A DNA stretch of 64,000 nt, from positions 22,355-86,354 of IMG/VR virus record IMGVR_UViG_3300044645_002359. One strand, given 5' to 3'. The notes under the pieces are model-generated. The model was not told the origin of the DNA. It saw only the letters and a list, made by a program, of their open reading frames with translations, and searched no databases. Below, in pieces: positions 27,941-36,434 of the stretch (position 1 is the stretch's first letter; each line of letters opens with the position of its first letter). The stretch is from a virus. The translations under genes were made by a program, and so were the position numbers.

Positions 27941-28246
27941 ATGACTAAGCCCTTAGCCTACAACTACCCGCCCGGAACCACGCCGGAAGCAATCGAAGCC
28001 TTCCGCACCATGTGGGGACAAACCCCCGAAGATGACATTCGTTTGGGTTCAACCTTTGAGATTTTCCTGAAGGGTTATGTGTGCGGAAGAAATTTATCTA
28101 GGAATTTAGACCCTCAAGTAAGAGATAATGATAGTATACGAGATGAAATCAACGACTTGACTCAAAGGATTGAAGACTTGGAAAGATTCAAAGAAGCTAC
28201 AGTGAGTTATGATTCCCATGGCAATTATGCCAGACATGTTGGTTGA
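27941..28246 (+). CDS. hypothetical protein (101 aa)
   Basis: ORF from the first ATG. Confidence 0.4.
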   Translation: MTKPLAYNYPPGTTPEAIEAFRTMWGQTPEDDIRLGSTFEIFLKGYVCGRNLSRNLDPQVRDNDSIRDEINDLTQRIEDLERFKEATVSYDSHGNYARHVG

Positions 28247-28289
28247 TACTGTAATTAATTACCATGCAAACAAATAAACCACAACAACC

Positions 28290-28562
28290 ATGATCGACAC
28301 CATCCCGCCAACAACATTCGATACTCGAACAGATACCATTAGGTATCCGGACGGCGTTGAAGAAACCTTAGTCCAATACCAAAAACGCAACCGCCAATTT
28401 GAATATATCCGGGGCCTGCAAAATGCTTTAGAAAGAATGAAGGTCCTATATCAGAACCCCGGCTGCCTTACCGAAGGGGAGTATAACGCAGCGAAGGACG
28501 CCATCCAAGGGCAATTTGACTATTGGGAAATGAATCTGTTTATCGAATTCGGAGACAAATGA
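28290..28562 (+). CDS. hypothetical protein (90 aa)
   Basis: ORF. Confidence 0.4.
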   Translation: MIDTIPPTTFDTRTDTIRYPDGVEETLVQYQKRNRQFEYIRGLQNALERMKVLYQNPGCLTEGEYNAAKDAIQGQFDYWEMNLFIEFGDK

Positions 28563-29026
28563 CCATTACCAAATTCTCAGGCCAATTCAGTTTCCTGTCA
28601 AACTTTTATGAGAGCGTTCTAGAATACGAGGGGATCAAATACCCCACAGTCGAACACGCCTTTCAAGCAGCTAAGACTCAGGATCCCGAAGCTCGCCAGC
28701 AAATTGCAAATATGCAAAAGCCGAGCGAGGCCAAAGCTGCGGGAAACCGTAACGGCATTATCAGGGACTTTGACCCCGTAGAGTGGGAACTTAGAAAAAA
28801 CGGAGTCATGGAAGAGTTACTACGCATTAAATTTCAGAACCCAGATCTAAAAAACCTCCTAGCACAAACAGGAAACGCAAAACTAATCGAAGGCAACACT
28901 TGGGGAGACACTTATTGGGGAGTTGATGTTGTGACCGGCGAGGGCGCTAACAAACTTGGTGTCATCCTTGAGGGGATTCGCAACGAGATTGCTGAGGCAA
29001 TGGCAAAGAATAAGCGTCAATCTTGA
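28559..29026 (+). CDS. NADAR-domain protein (YbiA-like)
   Basis: FSGQFSFLSNFYESVLEYEGIKYPTVEHAFQAAK…GNTWGDTYWG matches the NADAR/DUF1768 signature F.G.Y.FLSNF…Y.T.EHAFQA.K. Confidence 0.7.
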   Translation: MTITKFSGQFSFLSNFYESVLEYEGIKYPTVEHAFQAAKTQDPEARQQIANMQKPSEAKAAGNRNGIIRDFDPVEWELRKNGVMEELLRIKFQNPDLKNLLAQTGNAKLIEGNTWGDTYWGVDVVTGEGANKLGVILEGIRNEIAEAMAKNKRQS

Positions 29027-29041
29027 ACATCCGCACAAACA

Positions 29042-29563
29042 ATGACTGCACTCAACAAAACCGAAGGCGACCTATTAGCAATGGCTCGCGAGGGCCAGTT
29101 TGACATAATCGTTCACGGGGCAAACTGCTTCAACAAAATGGCTTCTGGAATTGCCGGGCAAATCAGCCGTGAACACCCTGAGGCTGCTGAAGCCGACCGC
29201 GCCACAGAGTCTGGTGACAGGGGCAAGCTTGGCAACTATACTATGGCTCACGTGCGAGAGATATGGTTGATACAACGTGCCTTCACGATCGTTAACGCTT
29301 ACACTCAGTACACCTATGGGCGAGAAGGAGACTTGTTTGAGTACAACGCCTTTGAAAAGTTTCTGGCAAATTTTGAGACTTTTCTGAGAAAAGTGTACGT
29401 GTTGGCGGGTGCCGACAAGAAAACCAGGGTTGGCTTCCCTTACATCGGTTGTGGCCTTGCAGGTGGAGACGAGCAAAGAATAGTAGAGATGATCGAAAAC
29501 TTCTCTGTGTCTTGCCAAGACATTGCGGATGTCACTCTTGTTAGATTTGTCCGAGATACATGA
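29042..29563 (+). CDS. macro-domain protein (ADP-ribose binding or processing)
   Basis: FDIIVHGANCFNKMASGIAGQI matches the macro-domain core, with a phosphate-binding-loop-like GCGLAGGD. Confidence 0.55.
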   Translation: MTALNKTEGDLLAMAREGQFDIIVHGANCFNKMASGIAGQISREHPEAAEADRATESGDRGKLGNYTMAHVREIWLIQRAFTIVNAYTQYTYGREGDLFEYNAFEKFLANFETFLRKVYVLAGADKKTRVGFPYIGCGLAGGDEQRIVEMIENFSVSCQDIADVTLVRFVRDT

Positions 29564-29748
29564 ACTCACTACAATGGCTTAACGTTGCCAGTTGCTCTGC
29601 CCGCCGCTTATCAAGCCTTCGCTTCAGAGGTAGTTCCACATCGGAAACTAAGAAGGGAGAGAAAGAAACTCTCGATATGGCGCTCGCCAAGGTTAATACC
29701 ACTATCCTAAACCGTCTGAGGAAGCAACTCCCGAACCCTCAAGGGTAA
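29560..29748 (+). CDS. hypothetical protein (62 aa)
   Basis: ATGA overlap. Confidence 0.3.
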   Translation: MNSLQWLNVASCSARRLSSLRFRGSSTSETKKGEKETLDMALAKVNTTILNRLRKQLPNPQG

Positions 29749-29772
29749 AAGTAGTATAACTGCGGCTTCAAC

Positions 29773-30105
29773 ATGCAAGGTTCATTCTCTGAAGATTCTC
29801 TTAAAATCTTTCACAATTTGGCTTCACAGTCCCAAGGTTTAAGCTATAGTGAGTCTAGGGAAGATTCGTATGACTTTACACGCTGTGTAAGACCAAATGG
29901 GACCAGCTTTGGAACCTCAGGGAAATGCACACCACCGAATCGCCAAGCGGCGCCAAGTAATCTTGTAGCGGAAGTTAACCGCGAGGAAGTAGAGGCTCGG
30001 CAGTTAATGTCCGGTGGCCGCAGAAACAGCAGGGCTATGCAGCGCCGCGCAAAAGAACTACTTGAGAGTGCTCGAAGAAAGAGGAGCGGCAAGCCGACGG
30101 CATGA
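29773..30105 (+). CDS. small basic protein made of the shared N-terminal DFTRCV…GKC module plus an Arg-rich tail
   Basis: MQGSFSEDSLK…YDFTRCVRPNGTSFGTSGKC is near-identical to the N-terminus of 4699. Confidence 0.5.
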   Translation: MQGSFSEDSLKIFHNLASQSQGLSYSESREDSYDFTRCVRPNGTSFGTSGKCTPPNRQAAPSNLVAEVNREEVEARQLMSGGRRNSRAMQRRAKELLESARRKRSGKPTA

Positions 30106-30310
30106 GTTCGGTTCTCACGCTTCACTCCTACAGGTGAGGCACTATACTTGTAATACCCTTGTGGAAGCCCTTAGAGCGCACCAGGCGCTCCTAGAGGAGC
30201 CCGTTTCTCCTAACCCGGAGACCCCTGCCCCAATAGCGGCGGATGCTCTACAGGCGGTGTCCGTGCCCTCTGAGTTCATACACAAAGGCACCTCCACCCT
30301 GTGACGCAAA

Positions 30311-30376
30311 GGGCGGTAAACCGACCAAAAACTTTCGGTTCTCCCCCTTGTGCCTGCAGCGCAGAGACGCTATAGT
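30311..30376 (+). promoter_or_regulatory. hairpin-promoter cassette copy 10
   Basis: GGGCGGTAAACCGaccaaaaactttCGGTT; -35 TTGTGC; spacer CTGCAGCGCAGAGA; -10 TATAGT; ATG at 30383. Confidence 0.55.
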
Positions 30377-30382
30377 AATAAT

Positions 30383-31114
30383 ATGAAGAACGTCAATTAC
30401 GCCTTTATTGGCGACCTCCACTCTCAAATTTCGCCTTTGCGAAAAGCACTGAACTATTGCAACGAAAACGGATGCGTCCCTGTGCTTTTGGGCGACCTGT
30501 TTGACTCGCGCATGGAAACCAGCGATAGCGTAGCTGTCTACAACACTGTGCGTCAAGCTGTTGAAAACGGTGCGATTGCTCTGAGAAGCAATCACCAGAA
30601 CAAGCTGGAGCGTCACGCTCGCGGTAACAACGTTCTGTTGAAAGAAGGTTTTGATCGCACTGTCCGAGACTTTCAAGAAGCTGGTATCTGCTTGACTGAA
30701 GTAGGGCAATGGCTGGAAACTTTCCCGTATGGTATCGCCCTGAGGGACTCTCGAGGAGTCGAATACCGCTGCGCCCACGCAATGTTCCCCCGATGGGTTC
30801 TCGTTCCTGAAAACTACGATGGGGTTTACCGTGTGAACGAAGTGACTCGTAAAGCGAAAGATTACATGCTGTATGGGCCACGCCGTGCTGGTGCGGTCTG
30901 GCCTCAAGACCAAACTCGAGTGTTCTGGTGGGAAGAAGAATCGAATCGCGATTGGGTTCGTGTCGCGGGCCACTACCACCACATTCACGTGAGCGATAAG
31001 AGCCTTGTTCTCGACGGACAGATGGGTGGCAGCACCCAAGAAGGCTTCGACCCGGCGCAAGCTCGCCTCTGCGTCTGGAACCTCGAAGAGCAAACGCTTA
31101 CTCAATTCACCTGA
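30383..31114 (+). CDS. metallophosphoesterase, PPP/ApaH-like (paralog 2)
   Basis: YAFIGDLHSQ…LLGDLFDS…LRSNHQNKL; 50-60% similar to 22622..23362. Confidence 0.65.
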   Translation: MKNVNYAFIGDLHSQISPLRKALNYCNENGCVPVLLGDLFDSRMETSDSVAVYNTVRQAVENGAIALRSNHQNKLERHARGNNVLLKEGFDRTVRDFQEAGICLTEVGQWLETFPYGIALRDSRGVEYRCAHAMFPRWVLVPENYDGVYRVNEVTRKAKDYMLYGPRRAGAVWPQDQTRVFWWEEESNRDWVRVAGHYHHIHVSDKSLVLDGQMGGSTQEGFDPAQARLCVWNLEEQTLTQFT

Positions 31115-31121
31115 TTGCCTT

Positions 31122-31379
31122 ATGAACTATACTCCTGACCCCGGACCCACAGACAATGTCCTCCCGGAAGAAGTCGCTTTTCGAAGTACTGGTTTCTCCC
31201 TTGAGGACGCAGTCCAAATTCACTTGTGGGATTTGGTCGTTCAGTGCGAGAAACTTCGCAAACAGCGAAAGTTTAACCTTGTGAAGTTGCTTCAAACCGA
31301 GGGTGAGGATCTCGCCCTAGCTTACGAAAACAAAGAACTTTTCATCATTTCATACTTTCACCAAAACAAACAAGTTTGA
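31122..31379 (+). CDS. hypothetical protein (85 aa)
   Basis: ORF from the first ATG after the upstream stop. Confidence 0.35.
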   Translation: MNYTPDPGPTDNVLPEEVAFRSTGFSLEDAVQIHLWDLVVQCEKLRKQRKFNLVKLLQTEGEDLALAYENKELFIISYFHQNKQV

Positions 31380-31382
31380 TCT

Positions 31383-31544
31383 ATGCTTAGTCGTTTCTTA
31401 GGAGTTCTCTCTGGCCTTACCCTTATTTTGTTCGTCCTTCACTGGCGCGGTCTCCCCGTTCTCATCCTACTGAAGGCTATCCCCCTTCTACTTATTGTGG
31501 GTGCAGGGATTCTACTCATAGTAGCAGGTTTGTCCAAGGACTAA
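31383..31544 (+). CDS. small membrane protein (53 aa)
   Basis: Hydrophobic ORF below the track cutoff. Confidence 0.25.
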   Translation: MLSRFLGVLSGLTLILFVLHWRGLPVLILLKAIPLLLIVGAGILLIVAGLSKD

Positions 31545-31619
31545 CCCTTTACCCTCCTCTTCTGACTTAAGATAAAAGTCACAACCACGAAAACCAAACT
31601 TTCTCAAAAACAAAACCAA

Positions 31620-32438
31620 ATGTCTGTCACTAAAGTTGCAATCGGCTCTGGCGCCATTCTCCTTTCTCTGGTTCTAGCCGCAGGCCAATTTACCACAATT
31701 AGCACGGGTGAAAATGGTCTTTACATTGGCTTCGATGGCCAAGTCAAAAACGAAGTGCTGACCCCAGGCATCAAGTACGACGGGTTGGGCTCCATCAAGG
31801 TGTTTAACACTCGTAAGATCACTGTCACAGCGAACGACCTTCGTCCCAAGACTAAAGATAACACCATCATGAAAGAGATGGACGTCACGGTTACTTACAG
31901 CATTAATCCTAACTCCCTTTACGAGTTTTTCACCAACTACGACCTTACCAACCACGGTATTGCCGAAAACGGTCAGCTTCAACTGATGTCAAGTTACATC
32001 TCTCGTCTTATTACATCCGCTGTTAACCAGTCGGTAGACGAATTCCCTGCTTTGGCTGTTAACAGTAGTCTTGAGCAAATTCAAGACACAATTAAGGCCA
32101 ACCTTTCGGAAGCTTTACAGAAAAATGGTCTTGAAGGTAAGATCACCGTGGATTCAATCATAGTTGGCAAGGCAGACCTTCCTGACGACCTGGTTGCCTC
32201 GGTTAACCGTGTGGTTGCCGCTCAGTCGGGTTTGAAAGAACAACAAGTTAGGACAGAAACTGCCCAATTGAAGGCGGAAGAGAACAAAGCTCTGGCTTCT
32301 ACCGTTACCGCACAATCGTTGGAATACCAGCGAAATGAAATCCTGAAGGCTGCCTTTGCCAACGGATCCATTCAGAAGATGGTTATCATCAACGGTGCCA
32401 AGATGGACTTTCTGCCCGGTGGCTTGACCGATAAGTAA
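31620..32438 (+). CDS. SPFH/band-7 (prohibitin/HflC-like) membrane protein
   Basis: N-terminal transmembrane segment, then a beta-rich segment, then a coiled-coil segment, the pattern of SPFH domains. Confidence 0.5.
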   Translation: MSVTKVAIGSGAILLSLVLAAGQFTTISTGENGLYIGFDGQVKNEVLTPGIKYDGLGSIKVFNTRKITVTANDLRPKTKDNTIMKEMDVTVTYSINPNSLYEFFTNYDLTNHGIAENGQLQLMSSYISRLITSAVNQSVDEFPALAVNSSLEQIQDTIKANLSEALQKNGLEGKITVDSIIVGKADLPDDLVASVNRVVAAQSGLKEQQVRTETAQLKAEENKALASTVTAQSLEYQRNEILKAAFANGSIQKMVIINGAKMDFLPGGLTDK

Positions 32439-32455
32439 ACATAAGCTGAAGCAAC

Positions 32456-32523
32456 GGGGGACGGCTAACCGAACCGAAAGGGGCGGTTCCCTCCCTTGTT
32501 TCACTGAGAGAAAACGCTATAGT
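32456..32523 (+). promoter_or_regulatory. hairpin-promoter cassette copy 11
   Basis: GGGGGACGGCTAACCGAACCGaaaGGGGCGGTTCCCTCCC; -35 TTGTTT; spacer CACTGAGAGAAAA; -10 TATAGT; ATG at 32530. Confidence 0.55.
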
Positions 32524-32529
32524 AAGTTC

Positions 32530-32883
32530 ATGAAAACACAATCACTGGCACCAAAAACCAAAGAAATTCGCGGCGGCAAAGTTGCCGTCTTGTACAGCCC
32601 AGGCTTTGGCGCAGGTTGGAGCACCTGGAACTCAGACCCCGATAAAGGTCTCGAGCATTTCCTATTGTTTGACCCAACCTTGGTCCACATGGTGGAAAAC
32701 GACCAAAGGGAACGTATCCTCGCTTACGTTGAGTCCGTTTACCCTGATTCTGGCTTTTACGCAGGAGGGGCAGATAATCTCTCCATTCAGTGGATTCCAG
32801 AAGGTTGTCTGTTCAAAGTTACGGAGTACGATGGGGCAGAGTCCATTGAGTACCGTGATTACGATAACTGGAAAATTGCATGA
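32530..32883 (+). CDS. hypothetical protein (117 aa)
   Basis: Leaderless ATG. Confidence 0.45.
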   Translation: MKTQSLAPKTKEIRGGKVAVLYSPGFGAGWSTWNSDPDKGLEHFLLFDPTLVHMVENDQRERILAYVESVYPDSGFYAGGADNLSIQWIPEGCLFKVTEYDGAESIEYRDYDNWKIA

Positions 32884-32910
32884 ATCATAAATTTACAAAG
32901 AAGAATAAAT

Positions 32911-33111
32911 ATGGGTATGTACACTGAGATTTACGTGAATGTTGAGCTCAAGCGGGACACACCCGAGGAGGTACTCCATGTTCTCAAGGCAATGTGCGGC
33001 AAACTTGACCCCGAGGTGGAGAAAGAAGCACTGGAAGGTTACCCTGACAGGTGGTGCATGCTCTTCAGTGACTGCAGCTACTACACTCCAAAACTTACTG
33101 CAAGTATTTAG
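32911..33111 (+). CDS. hypothetical protein, apparently interrupted: a frame-shifted continuation, open from 33072, ends at 33285
   Basis: The downstream frame shifted by one base encodes a protein-like 57 aa with no start codon (…GDIKNYEGEIEKFFEWISPHVDAWDRDFMGYKRYEE…). Confidence 0.35.
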   Translation: MGMYTEIYVNVELKRDTPEEVLHVLKAMCGKLDPEVEKEALEGYPDRWCMLFSDCSYYTPKLTASI

Positions 33112-33364
33112 AGTGGGACACAATTTCAAAACAGTGGTCCCTCCTTGGCAAGGGAGACATTAAGAACTACGAAGGAGAGATTGAGAAGTTCTTTGAATGG
33201 ATCTCCCCACACGTGGATGCTTGGGATAGAGATTTTATGGGTTACAAACGATACGAGGAAAGTCAAATACCTCTTTTGTTCTAGAAGAAGGGCGACTCCT
33301 ACACGACTGAGCAACCCTCACCACAACTATACTAACACACCCTGACTTCAACCGAGAAGCAACA

Positions 33365-33565
33365 ATGAACTTCGAACAAATCTGGAATGAATCCCGTGGC
33401 CGTTTCACGAAAACCGGACGAGAGGCCATCCATAATGCTGATACCACCGATTGGGTGCAGAAAGGCATTGACCTAGCGTTCAACCACTCTTTCTGGGAAG
33501 ACATGGCTCGTGAAGCTGTTGAACGCCTTCAAGAAGAAATTGCAGGGGTAGACAACCTCCGCTGA
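33365..33565 (+). CDS. hypothetical protein (66 aa)
   Basis: ORF. Confidence 0.4.
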   Translation: MNFEQIWNESRGRFTKTGREAIHNADTTDWVQKGIDLAFNHSFWEDMAREAVERLQEEIAGVDNLR

Positions 33566-33599
33566 TTACTTCAACGAAACAACTATTCAAAACAAACAA

Positions 33600-33779
33600 T
33601 GGGACTCGACTCTCACCTCTACGCCGAAAAGTACGTCAGCAACTACGATCATTCCTCTCCTCAAGAGAGGGAAACTTACCACAAAATTGTGGAGGCCACG
33701 GGACTCTCATCCCTTGAATACCCTTTGCCTCGGAGCAACAGTGCAACGATCCGTGTGAAGGTTGCCTACTGGCGCTAAG
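33600..33779 (+). CDS. hypothetical protein (59 aa) that continues in frame beyond the TAA into 33803..34123
   Basis: ATG ORF; the same reading frame stays open for another 114 codons after the TAA at 33777. Confidence 0.3.
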
Positions 33780-33802
33780 CCAATCAGATTCATCAGTTCT
33801 TC

Positions 33803-34123
33803 GTGGAAGTTTCCAAAGAAGAGGACAACTGCCAAGACATTGAGGTTTCACGTGAAGATCTAGAGAATTTGCTGAACCTTGCAAAGCAAGCTCTAAAAAC
33901 TCGAGACAAGACTTTGGAGAACTTGAAAGAAGGAGAAGTTGTGGTAGGGCCGGAAGACATTCTTCCTACTCGATCAGGCTTTTTCTTCGGCTCCACAGAC
34001 TACGACGAGTATTACTACTCCGACCTTGAACACACGGTTAAAGTCCTGGAGAAAATACTCAACCATCCGGGTATCCCAAAAGAGGACTACAGCTGGAGCT
34101 TCATCTACCGAGCGTCCTGGTAA
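33803..34123 (+). CDS. hypothetical protein (GTG start, or a read-through continuation of 33600)
   Basis: ORF with no ATG. Confidence 0.35.
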   Translation: MEVSKEEDNCQDIEVSREDLENLLNLAKQALKTRDKTLENLKEGEVVVGPEDILPTRSGFFFGSTDYDEYYYSDLEHTVKVLEKILNHPGIPKEDYSWSFIYRASW

Positions 34124-34270
34124 TTGCCGAGAGTTTACCGTCTACCCCTGGCCCTATGTTAGGGCTGTCGGTGTCCACGCCGCCATTTCCCTAGGGTAAC
34201 CCCGGGAACAAAGTTGATACAGCCATCACTTGTATCCAAAACACAAAAACAATCAACTTGAGAGAAGAAA

Positions 34271-35764
34271 ATGACAACCTTTTTGAACGCACTCGAAAAC
34301 GAATTCAATACTACGACCACAGCCAACGGCGCAAAAGCCTATAAGTCCACAGGTTCCAAGAACCTGGACCTTTTCGGGAAGATTGCAGCCTGCCGCAACG
34401 ACGTTAGCGAAGCAACTCGCCTATTCAACCTTGCTTATGCTGAAGACCCTGAGACCGCAACCAGAATCCTGTTCTGGGCACGTGACATTCGCGGTGGCCA
34501 GGGTGAGCGTAAGATCTTCCGAGAAGTTTTCAAGGAGCTGGTTCGCAATGATGCTACAATCGGCGCGAAACTCATTAGTTTGATCCCGCAGTATGGACGC
34601 TGGGATGATGTGGTAGCCCTTGAAGGCACCCTAGTTTGGAATGTTGCACTCGAGGCAATCAAGGCACAGCTGAACGCTGACTTGAACACCGAAGTTGGAA
34701 ACTCCGTGTCATTGCTTGCGAAATGGCTCCCTTCCATTAACGCCTCTAGCAAGGAGTCTAAGAGGATTGGCCGCAAGATTGCCGAGGCAATGGGTTGGAA
34801 TGAGCGTCAATATCGCAAGGCTTTGACTGCTCTTAGGACACAAATCAAAATTGTCGAACAGGCAATGTGTGCCCGTGAGTGGGATGCCATTGATTATAGC
34901 AAGTTGCCTTCTCGTGCAGGCTTCATGTATCGGAAAGCTTTCGCAAATCGTGATGGCGACCGTTACCAGTCCTACCTGGATGCAGTTAAAAAAGGTGAAG
35001 CAAAGATCAATGCCGGTACTTTGTATCCGTATGACATCGTTGAGAAGTGTCTCTACAACCAAGAATCCAATGATACTCTAGAAGTAATGTGGAAAGCCCT
35101 GCCGAACTTCATGGAGGGCAAGGAATTGAATGGGCTTGTTGTTGCCGATGTTAGCCGTTCTATGTCAGGCCGTCCAATGGCAGTATCCATCTCTCTGGCG
35201 ATGTATATCGCAGAGCGTAATACCGGCATCTGGAAGGACAAGTTCCTAACATTCTCAGGGAATCCTTCTCTACAGACTGTGACTGGCAGTAGCCTTTCAA
35301 ACAAGGTTCGCAACCTTAGCCGAGCAGATTGGGGCGGTAACACTGATATTCAGAAGACGTTTGACCTTATTCTGGATACTGCAGTTCGGAACAACATTCC
35401 AGAGTCAGACATGCCCCGCAAACTGATTATTGTCTCAGACATGCAGTTTGATAACTGTGTTATCATGGGAGGTAATTACTCCGGTCGTATGAGTTATGGC
35501 GGAGCCCGAGTCACCAACTACGAAGCAATCCGCATCAAGTACGCTCAAGCTGGCTACAGCTTGCCCGAAGTTATCTTCTGGAATGTCGATTCCTCAGATA
35601 ACGTCCCGATGAAGGCACATGATTCCGGTACCGCTCTCGTTAGCGGTTGCTCTCCGTCAATCCTGACCGCAGTTCTTACCAGAAACGCAATCACCCCATT
35701 GTCCCTAATGAGAGATGCTGTTTATACTGAAAGGTATGACGCTGTGGGTGCGGTCTTTAACTGA
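34271..35764 (+). CDS. DUF2828 family protein with a C-terminal von Willebrand A domain with a metal-ion-dependent adhesion site (vWA/MIDAS) (Ro60/TROVE-like domain order)
   Basis: N-terminus LNALENEFNTTTTANGAKAYKSTGSKNLDLFGKIAACR…LFWARDIRGGQGERKIFR fits the DUF2828 signature; C-terminal VADVSRSMSG is a MIDAS DxSxS motif. Confidence 0.6.
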   Translation: MTTFLNALENEFNTTTTANGAKAYKSTGSKNLDLFGKIAACRNDVSEATRLFNLAYAEDPETATRILFWARDIRGGQGERKIFREVFKELVRNDATIGAKLISLIPQYGRWDDVVALEGTLVWNVALEAIKAQLNADLNTEVGNSVSLLAKWLPSINASSKESKRIGRKIAEAMGWNERQYRKALTALRTQIKIVEQAMCAREWDAIDYSKLPSRAGFMYRKAFANRDGDRYQSYLDAVKKGEAKINAGTLYPYDIVEKCLYNQESNDTLEVMWKALPNFMEGKELNGLVVADVSRSMSGRPMAVSISLAMYIAERNTGIWKDKFLTFSGNPSLQTVTGSSLSNKVRNLSRADWGGNTDIQKTFDLILDTAVRNNIPESDMPRKLIIVSDMQFDNCVIMGGNYSGRMSYGGARVTNYEAIRIKYAQAGYSLPEVIFWNVDSSDNVPMKAHDSGTALVSGCSPSILTAVLTRNAITPLSLMRDAVYTERYDAVGAVFN

Positions 35765-35940
35765 TGGAAAGGACCCTAGTAACTACGTTAATGTCAGCCC
35801 AGGGTCTTCTCCTTGGGTTGAAGTTAACAGGGCAAATAGCCTGGTCGTGGCTGTGGGTGTTTAGTCCTATTTTAGTTGTAAGCTGTGGGTTAGGGTTACT
35901 TATCCTCCTATTGATCCTAGGGTTGATGGGCGGTAAGTAA
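35765..35940 (+). CDS. small membrane protein (58 aa), paralog of 25733
   Basis: MERTLVTTLMSAQGLLLGLKLTGQIAWSWLWVFSPILVV…; ATGA-coupled. Confidence 0.35.
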
Positions 35941-36048
35941 GGCAGACCCGTAAGATGGTTCAGCAATCAAACCTTTCTTTGTAACAGAAAAAACCAACCA
36001 TCTTGTTTAAATAAAGTCAACTTCCCTGGTAGTTCACCGGGGCAACAA

Positions 36049-36166
36049 TGGGGAATGGTGCAATGGCAGCACACGTAATTAACGGTTACCTTGGATAAGG
36101 TACAGACAGCAATTACAAAAATTCCATTCCACGGACGTGACGGAGGTTCGATTCCTTCTTCCCCAT
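36049..36166 (+). ncRNA. tRNA-like RNA with a non-canonical insert of about 85 nt (acceptor TGGGGAA/TTCCCCA; D arm GTGC…GCAC; T arm GGAGGttcgattCCTTC)
   Basis: Canonical 7-bp acceptor, D and T arms, but no standard anticodon stem; the insert carries a TACCTTggatAAGGTA hairpin and a CAGACAGCAATTA motif. Confidence 0.4.
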
Positions 36167-36363
36167 TTTCGAAAATCAACTCAAGCAATCAACAATGAAG
36201 TCATCTCATCTTTACACTTTGATCGGTGTTGTAGCACTGTGGTTTGTATTGACCTTGACACTAATTCTCAAGGAAAACTATCAAGGTGCTATCGGAACCG
36301 GATTGGCCCTTTTCTTTTCCTCGGTTGGTACGATAGGTGTTGTTGCCCATTTTGAAGGGAACA

Positions 36364-36429
36364 GGCGGTAAACCGCCCCATGTGGTTCGGTTTGCACCCT
36401 TGTTTTCGCACCGCGAAAACGCTATGATT
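36364..36429 (+). promoter_or_regulatory. hairpin-promoter cassette copy 12
   Basis: GGCGGTAAACCGCC…GGTTCGGTTT; -35 TTGTTT; spacer TCGCACCGCGAAAA; -10 TATGAT; ATG at 36435. Confidence 0.55.
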
Positions 36430-36434
36430 ATAAC

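Noticed and set aside
30248-31105. 285-aa − strand ORF opposite phosphoesterase paralog 2
   Set aside because: Antisense shadow; the + strand frame carries the conserved metallophosphatase motifs.
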